Source of the DNA: a virus
Taxonomy: Duplodnaviria; Caudoviricetes
Direction: 5' to 3' (one strand)
IMG/VR virus record: IMGVR_UViG_3300025389_000010
Location: 96,001 to 160,000 of that record
Length of the DNA: 64,000 bases
Shown: positions 59,648-64,000 of the stretch, in pieces
Position numbering within the stretch: position 1 is the stretch's first letter
How the letters are laid out: each line of letters opens with the position of its first letter
Made by a program: the position numbers and the translations under genes
Notes under the pieces: model-generated
The model's input: the letters and a program-made list of their open reading frames with translations, nothing else
Told to the model about the DNA's origin: nothing
Databases searched by the model: none

Positions 59648-59932
59648 TTACTCGTCTTCTATAGACAGTTTAATTTTTTCAGTATGATCTTCCCTTATTT
59701 TAATCATTTTCTTAAATAAAGAAAGAGTTTTCTTTTCAAATTCAATCTGCTCATTTTCTGGAACACGATCAACCATTGCTTCTACCATTGCAGTTAGAAA
59801 ACCAGCAGCAATCTTTGGTGTCAATTCCATTTCAAAAAATGAACGCATTGGTAAAACAGCAGGGCAATAATTTTCTGCATCGTATTCAAGTACGCCAGCT
59901 TTTAAAATTGTTGTGAATTTATCAGGGTCCAT
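59648..59932 (-). CDS. hypothetical protein
   Basis: 94 aa ORF in a tightly packed string. Confidence 0.55.
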   Translation of the reverse strand: MDPDKFTTILKAGVLEYDAENYCPAVLPMRSFFEMELTPKIAAGFLTAMVEAMVDRVPENEQIEFEKKTLSLFKKMIKIREDHTEKIKLSIEDE

Positions 59933-59933
59933 T

Positions 59934-60299
59934 TTATTTTTGTTTTGATTCTATGCAATTTTTTAATATTTCAATACAGTCATTTATTGAAATATTTTTA
60001 TTATATTCCATGCTTCTACCAATGTATTTATACCAATTAACTTTAAAATCCAATGGTTTGTAATGAAAATTGGGAGCAGGATCTTCTACTCTACACCATG
60101 CACAATCTTCGCTATCACACCAGCAAAACCGATGAATCATAAATATATCATTTTCAAAATCAGTACCATATTTTTCCGCCCATTCTTCTTCAGATGCAAA
60201 ATGATCGGAGATGGCACGAATAATGGATTCGACCAGATAATCCTTTTGTGGACCAAACATACCGGATGGTGTTATGATATTAATGCTTGTTCCAGACAT
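59934..60299 (-). CDS. hypothetical protein
   Basis: FCWCDSEDC.WC, PNFHYKP..F.V.WYKYIGRSM. Confidence 0.6.
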   Translation of the reverse strand: MSGTSINIITPSGMFGPQKDYLVESIIRAISDHFASEEEWAEKYGTDFENDIFMIHRFCWCDSEDCAWCRVEDPAPNFHYKPLDFKVNWYKYIGRSMEYNKNISINDCIEILKNCIESKQK

Positions 60300-60510
60300 A
60301 GATTACCAAGATAATGATAAAAAATAGGTTTGTAAAGAAAAATCCTAACTGAACTAAAAAACCAAGAGAAGAAAGTTTCTTATAAAGATCTTCGATCATC
60401 TTATGATCTTTATCCAAACAATCCATAATTTTCTCATCAATCTTGTGTTGAGTGCTGATGTATTCAACCAGACCTTCTATTTGAGAAGCTTTAATTTTAT
60501 TATTCGCCAT
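60280..60510 (-). CDS. small membrane protein
   Basis: C-terminal TM helix. Confidence 0.5.
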   Translation of the reverse strand: MANNKIKASQIEGLVEYISTQHKIDEKIMDCLDKDHKMIEDLYKKLSSLGFLVQLGFFFTNLFFIIILVIYVWNKH

Positions 60511-60814
60511 AATGTTTTTTTAAGAAAAAGTATCTCTCTTCAATGCTAGGTGGTGTATCATAGAAATCATACATATCATCACAAAGCTCTTCCCATTCGT
60601 TACATTCCACAACCAATCTATTGTATCTTTCATTACATAGTTCTGGTTGATGCAAATCATTTTTAAGAGCAATATTTTCAAGATGAAGCTCTTCTAATCT
60701 CTGAGCAGCTTCTGCTATTGCAGAATTTGCAACGCCATCTTCTGATTGAATATCAACCGAAAGGATTTTAAGTGCTTCGATCAATGTTTCTGTTAAGGTT
60801 TTTGGAACTTCCAT
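60500..60814 (-). CDS. hypothetical protein
   Basis: 104 aa ORF with a coiled coil. Confidence 0.55.
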   Translation of the reverse strand: MEVPKTLTETLIEALKILSVDIQSEDGVANSAIAEAAQRLEELHLENIALKNDLHQPELCNERYNRLVVECNEWEELCDDMYDFYDTPPSIEERYFFLKKHYGE

Positions 60815-61029
60815 ATTTGTTCTTTTGCTTGTTCAAGTGTAATATTTTTAGGATTATTGTCAATGTCCTTTTTTGATTTATGGTCTTTATCAAACTTATC
60901 TAAAAGTTCTTTAGATAACTTTACACGAAAGGGACCATGATTACTATATTCATACTTTTCATTATTCTGGTCTGTCGAGCCATGCTGGTTCTCTTCTGAT
61001 GTGTTTGCTTTTTGCTTTTGATTTTTCAT
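60793..61029 (-). CDS. hypothetical protein
   Basis: 78 aa ORF overlapping both neighbours. Confidence 0.4.
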   Translation of the reverse strand: MKNQKQKANTSEENQHGSTDQNNEKYEYSNHGPFRVKLSKELLDKFDKDHKSKKDIDNNPKNITLEQAKEQIWKFQKP

Positions 61030-61189
61030 TGTTAATTCTTTTTATTTCTAATAACATTTCCTTTGCTCTAGTCTTTGAGATTCTTATCTCATTGTTCCCA
61101 ACTCTGTCCGCAATAGGAATAAGGGTTTTGAGAATACCCTCTAAGTCTGAAACTATATTATCGTATGTCATGGTTGATATATTAAACAC
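60962..61189 (-). CDS. hypothetical protein
   Basis: 75 aa ORF; the true start may be MTYDN. Confidence 0.45.
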   Translation of the reverse strand: MFNISTMTYDNIVSDLEGILKTLIPIADRVGNNEIRISKTRAKEMLLEIKRINNEKSKAKSKHIRREPAWLDRPE

Positions 61190-61199
61190 TTTTGTTTTT

Positions 61200-61430
61200 T
61201 ATGCAAGAAAATTGTGCGAGCTTTATTTTTATCTCTTTGGCCTTTCCTCGCTCATGCCCTTCAGATGGGTGCGACCACAACATATTTTTGGATGGCGGGG
61301 CGCAACTCCCACATATGTTGTTCCTGTACAGCCTTGCAAGGACTGCCCCGGAATTTCCAGAAGCATTGTACAGATCGGGCATTCACCGATACCAACTTGT
61401 CTGCATTTTGACAAGCAGATACATCCTTAA
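61200..61430 (-). ncRNA. candidate structured ncRNA of unknown family
   Basis: About 51% GC over 61241-61420 by hand count; nested 5-9 bp stems; own sigma70-type promoter; boundaries approximate. Confidence 0.6.
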
Positions 61431-61433
61431 TAT

Positions 61434-61462
61434 AATTTAACACCGATACGTTCTTGTGTCAA
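61434..61462 (-). promoter_or_regulatory. sigma70-type promoter for the candidate ncRNA
   Basis: Minus strand TTGACA-N17-TAAATT with an extended TG. Confidence 0.65.
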
Positions 61463-61470
61463 ATAAAAAA

Positions 61471-61546
61471 TGGCACGTTAGGAGGGACTCGAACCCACAA
61501 CCAACAGTTTTGGAGACTGCGACTCTACCAATTGAGCTACTAACGT
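61471..61546 (-). tRNA. trnW: tRNA-Trp(CCA)
   Basis: GCAGT-CTCCAAA-ACTGT; canonical D/T loops; encoded CCA. Confidence 0.93.
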
Positions 61547-61547
61547 G

Positions 61548-61622
61548 TGGCTGAAGTGGTAGGACTCGAACCTACAACCAATCCCTTAACAGGGGATCGC
61601 TCGACCATTGAGCTACACTTCA
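61548..61622 (-). tRNA. trnN: tRNA-Asn(GUU)
   Basis: ATCCC-CTGTTAA-GGGAT; encoded CCA; 1 nt from tRNA-Trp. Confidence 0.93.
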
Positions 61623-61628
61623 ATAAAT

Positions 61629-61704
61629 TGGTCGTGATGGAGAGACTCGAACTCTCGATTCCTTGCTCCCAAAGCAAGTGCCATAGCCGCTAGGCGACAT
61701 CACG
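61629..61704 (-). tRNA. trnP: tRNA-Pro(UGG)
   Basis: CTTGC-TTTGGGA-GCAAG; C1-G72; encoded CCA; TATAAATA immediately upstream. Confidence 0.93.
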
Positions 61705-61738
61705 TTATTTATATATCTTATCAAAAACAAAGGTAACA

Positions 61739-62512
61739 TCAAGCATATTTTTGCATTTGTACAACATTTTCGGTATTACCACGAAACATTACAGCAGCAA
61801 AACCACAATTACCATGATGTGTTAAAAGTATTTTACATTTAGATACAATCCTGACAACACTTTCAAAATTAATAATCCAATTTGTTTTATCAACTTTTGG
61901 TTTAACATTACCGCCAACATTTTCAAAAAGCATTTCTTCAAAAATAAAAGTATTAGATAAATTCTTAACAAAAAAATCCTTTGCATCTAAAGAATCTGTT
62001 TGTACCAATATTCTATAATTTTCACCAAAATCTTTTGCCACTTTTACCCAAACATCTAAAGGTGTTGGTTTAACTTCTGTAAATTTATCATTACCTCTAT
62101 GGAAAACACAAAGAGTATTTTCATAATCTATATTATATTTGTTTTCTAAAAAAGAAATTCTTTCTAATACTAAATCAGAAGGATTAAAAAAAGCATCGTT
62201 TATTTTTTTTAAATTATCAAAGTCTATATTATCATAGTCAATATAGTTAACATCAAAATTTTTATAATCAAAACCAATATTTATTTTTTTTATATTTTCA
62301 TGATTTGTCCTATAAATTAAATCAAAAACATCATCATTTGGATTTTCTTTATATGGTTTTAAGGTATATTCAAATGATATTTTTTCAGGTATTATTGAAT
62401 TTGAAATTAAACTATAAAGACCAAGTTTAGTTTGATTTATACAAGAATAAAATCCTGCGTTATCTTGATTACCATAAAGAGTATTATTTGCTGAATTATA
62501 ATCAAAACACAT
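61739..62512 (-). CDS. NodZ/O-fucosyltransferase-like glycosyltransferase
   Basis: AGFYS, CVFHRGNDK, ILVQTD, SKCKILL...GN.G. Confidence 0.65.
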   Translation of the reverse strand: MCFDYNSANNTLYGNQDNAGFYSCINQTKLGLYSLISNSIIPEKISFEYTLKPYKENPNDDVFDLIYRTNHENIKKINIGFDYKNFDVNYIDYDNIDFDNLKKINDAFFNPSDLVLERISFLENKYNIDYENTLCVFHRGNDKFTEVKPTPLDVWVKVAKDFGENYRILVQTDSLDAKDFFVKNLSNTFIFEEMLFENVGGNVKPKVDKTNWIINFESVVRIVSKCKILLTHHGNCGFAAVMFRGNTENVVQMQKYA

Positions 62513-62515
62513 AAT

Positions 62516-63325
62516 TTAAAATCTGTATTTCATCATGGGAATTTTATATATTTGTGAACACCTAAGAGACCAACCACTGTTACCATTTTCAGAAAATGAA
62601 TAAATATATTTTGATCCAGACATTATAAAAAAATCAATTAGTGTATTTTTGGTATTTTCCAAAGAAAAGTTTTCTTTAGATCCGATGTGTATTGGTTCAT
62701 TATCTATAAAAGATAAGTTTTCATATTTATCTTTTAGTTTATATTTAACATATTTACAATCTGATGCTATAAAAATCTTTTTATCTCTTTTAGTATCAAG
62801 AGAAATCTGCTCCGATATTGATTTTATAACTTCATCAGATACAGAATCAGTATGATGTAAAAGAAATATATCACCCATTCTTATATGTAAAACTTCATAA
62901 TCATCTAGATTTAAATCATTTTTTATTTGATCTACAGAATCTTTTAAATCTTTTTTTGGTTTAAATGAATTTTTAATAAAATCAAAAAGTTTATCATCAA
63001 AATATATTCCTTCCCAAGGATAAATGTTTGTCAAAACAGCTACCATATTATAATTTTCTAAAAGATATTCAAGAGGAATACCTTTTCCTGCACAATCATA
63101 GAAATCAAAAGGATCACTTGATAAAAAATTATCATTATCTAAAAAATTAGAAATAATATGATTATTATAATCTATATATAAACTGAATTTTCTTTTTATT
63201 GCTTCTGTATATAGATACATCGCACCGCTTATAAAATCACCAAAACCCGGAGGATAAAGGTTATTATCACTTTTTTTTATATGAGTATAAGTCTGTATTA
63301 TTTTTTTGTGCCCGTTATTCATCAT
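62516..63325 (-). CDS. NodZ/O-fucosyltransferase-like glycosyltransferase
   Basis: GFGD, VLHIRMGD, IFIASD, DFFIMSGSKYIY, SGWS. Confidence 0.7.
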   Translation of the reverse strand: MMNNGHKKIIQTYTHIKKSDNNLYPPGFGDFISGAMYLYTEAIKRKFSLYIDYNNHIISNFLDNDNFLSSDPFDFYDCAGKGIPLEYLLENYNMVAVLTNIYPWEGIYFDDKLFDFIKNSFKPKKDLKDSVDQIKNDLNLDDYEVLHIRMGDIFLLHHTDSVSDEVIKSISEQISLDTKRDKKIFIASDCKYVKYKLKDKYENLSFIDNEPIHIGSKENFSLENTKNTLIDFFIMSGSKYIYSFSENGNSGWSLRCSQIYKIPMMKYRF

Positions 63326-63351
63326 ATATACTTATATGATATGGAGCATCG
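63326..63351. repeat. 26-bp intergenic repeat, copy 1
   Basis: ATATACTTATATGATATGGAGCATCG, identical to 63975-64000; contains TAAGTA on the minus strand. Confidence 0.9.
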
Positions 63352-63413
63352 TATTGGAGTCGAATTTTTTGCTGATCTTTACTTTTAAAATATTCAATCA
63401 CTAATGTATAAAA

Positions 63414-63971
63414 TTATTTTTTTATACCCCAACATGTTTCTTGTTCTATAGATAACTTATAATTATTATTTTGTATAAATTCATTTACAGCCTTTTTTAC
63501 TCCCGACCAGTGATCGTCATAATCATGCCCCGCGATAATTCCATTGGTTTTAACTTTTGGAAACCATGCTAAAATGTCATTTTTAACATTTTCATAATCA
63601 TGAGACGCATCAATAAAAACAAAATCTAAACTATTATCACTATATAAATTTGCTGCTTCCATTGAAGATAATTTTATTGGATTTATAATATGTTTAACTG
63701 GGTTTATATTTTCTAGAAAAATATTATAAAGATTTTTTTCTTTAACACTTTCTTCGTTTGCATGCTCCGCACTGCCTTCCCACGTATCAACACAATCAAA
63801 TTTTATTTTTTTATTAGAATTTATTATTTCGACTGCCATATAAATAGCACTTTGACCTTGCCACGTACCAACTTCTACAAAATGTGCGCCATCATTTGAT
63901 TGATTTACAATATTGGTATATAAATTTTTAAAATTAAACCAACCGTGTATATTTTCATAATAATGATTCAT
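63414..63971 (-). CDS. class I SAM methyltransferase (Methyltransf_24-like)
   Basis: FVEVGTWQGQS, CVDTW, LDFVFIDASHDY, GIIAGHDY. Confidence 0.88.
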   Translation of the reverse strand: MNHYYENIHGWFNFKNLYTNIVNQSNDGAHFVEVGTWQGQSAIYMAVEIINSNKKIKFDCVDTWEGSAEHANEESVKEKNLYNIFLENINPVKHIINPIKLSSMEAANLYSDNSLDFVFIDASHDYENVKNDILAWFPKVKTNGIIAGHDYDDHWSGVKKAVNEFIQNNNYKLSIEQETCWGIKK

Positions 63972-63974
63972 ATT

Positions 63975-64000
63975 ATATACTTATATGATATGGAGCATCG
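63975..64000. repeat. 26-bp intergenic repeat, copy 2 (cut by window end)
   Basis: Identical to 63326-63351. Confidence 0.9.

Noticed and set aside
61238-61250. RNase P-like GAGGAAAGGCC
   Set aside because: No complementary CR-V partner for helix P4 and too little sequence downstream.
61236-61276. Hammerhead-like CUGA...GAAA in the candidate RNA
   Set aside because: The core reads CUGAAGG rather than CUGANGA, and stems I and III cannot be formed.
61229-61414. 61 aa Cys-rich ORF (and other overlapping frames) in the GC island
   Set aside because: TTG start right after an in-frame stop, GC-rich codons foreign to the phage, and extensive base pairing better explained as RNA. Not fully excluded.
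61286-61430. tmRNA-like ends (GGATG...CATCCA)
   Set aside because: Only 5 bp of acceptor pairing; no G3:U70, T-loop or CCA.
1-64000. CRISPR array, introns/inteins, or stop-codon recoding
   Set aside because: No repeat-spacer array was seen. The Cas4-like nuclease is a stand-alone phage exonuclease. PolB, gp17, gp41 and NrdA are uninterrupted and of normal length. TAA, TAG and TGA all terminate genes.

Overview
This 64 kb window is part of a large, AT-rich (roughly 30% GC) T4-like myophage genome in the standard genetic code. From left to right it contains: a glycosyl/methyltransferase island with gp46; a replication cluster (PolB, ThyX, UvsX, gp41 helicase, DHH protein, gp32, probable gp45 clamp); a minus-strand tail/baseplate module with the large terminase embedded in it; PhoH, neck gp14 and many small late proteins; nrdB, a GIY-YIG endonuclease and nrdA; and an accessory region (CysC, dCMP deaminase, HNH nucleases, six tRNAs, two O-fucosyltransferase-like genes, a methyltransferase). 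Four observations stand out. (1) The gp5/VgrG-type spike appears split into a stand-alone beta-helix gene and two tandem OB-fold paralogs. The paralogs carry different enzymes at the same insertion site: a circularly permuted SGNH hydrolase and an RlpA-like double-psi barrel. (2) A GC-rich, heavily base-paired ~230 nt candidate ncRNA with its own promoter lies just downstream of the tRNA cluster. (3) About ten dispersed late proteins share T4-like capsid-targeting/cleavage leaders. (4) Promoters sit so close to start codons that many mRNAs would be near-leaderless. All product calls come from motif recognition and synteny; no database searches were run.
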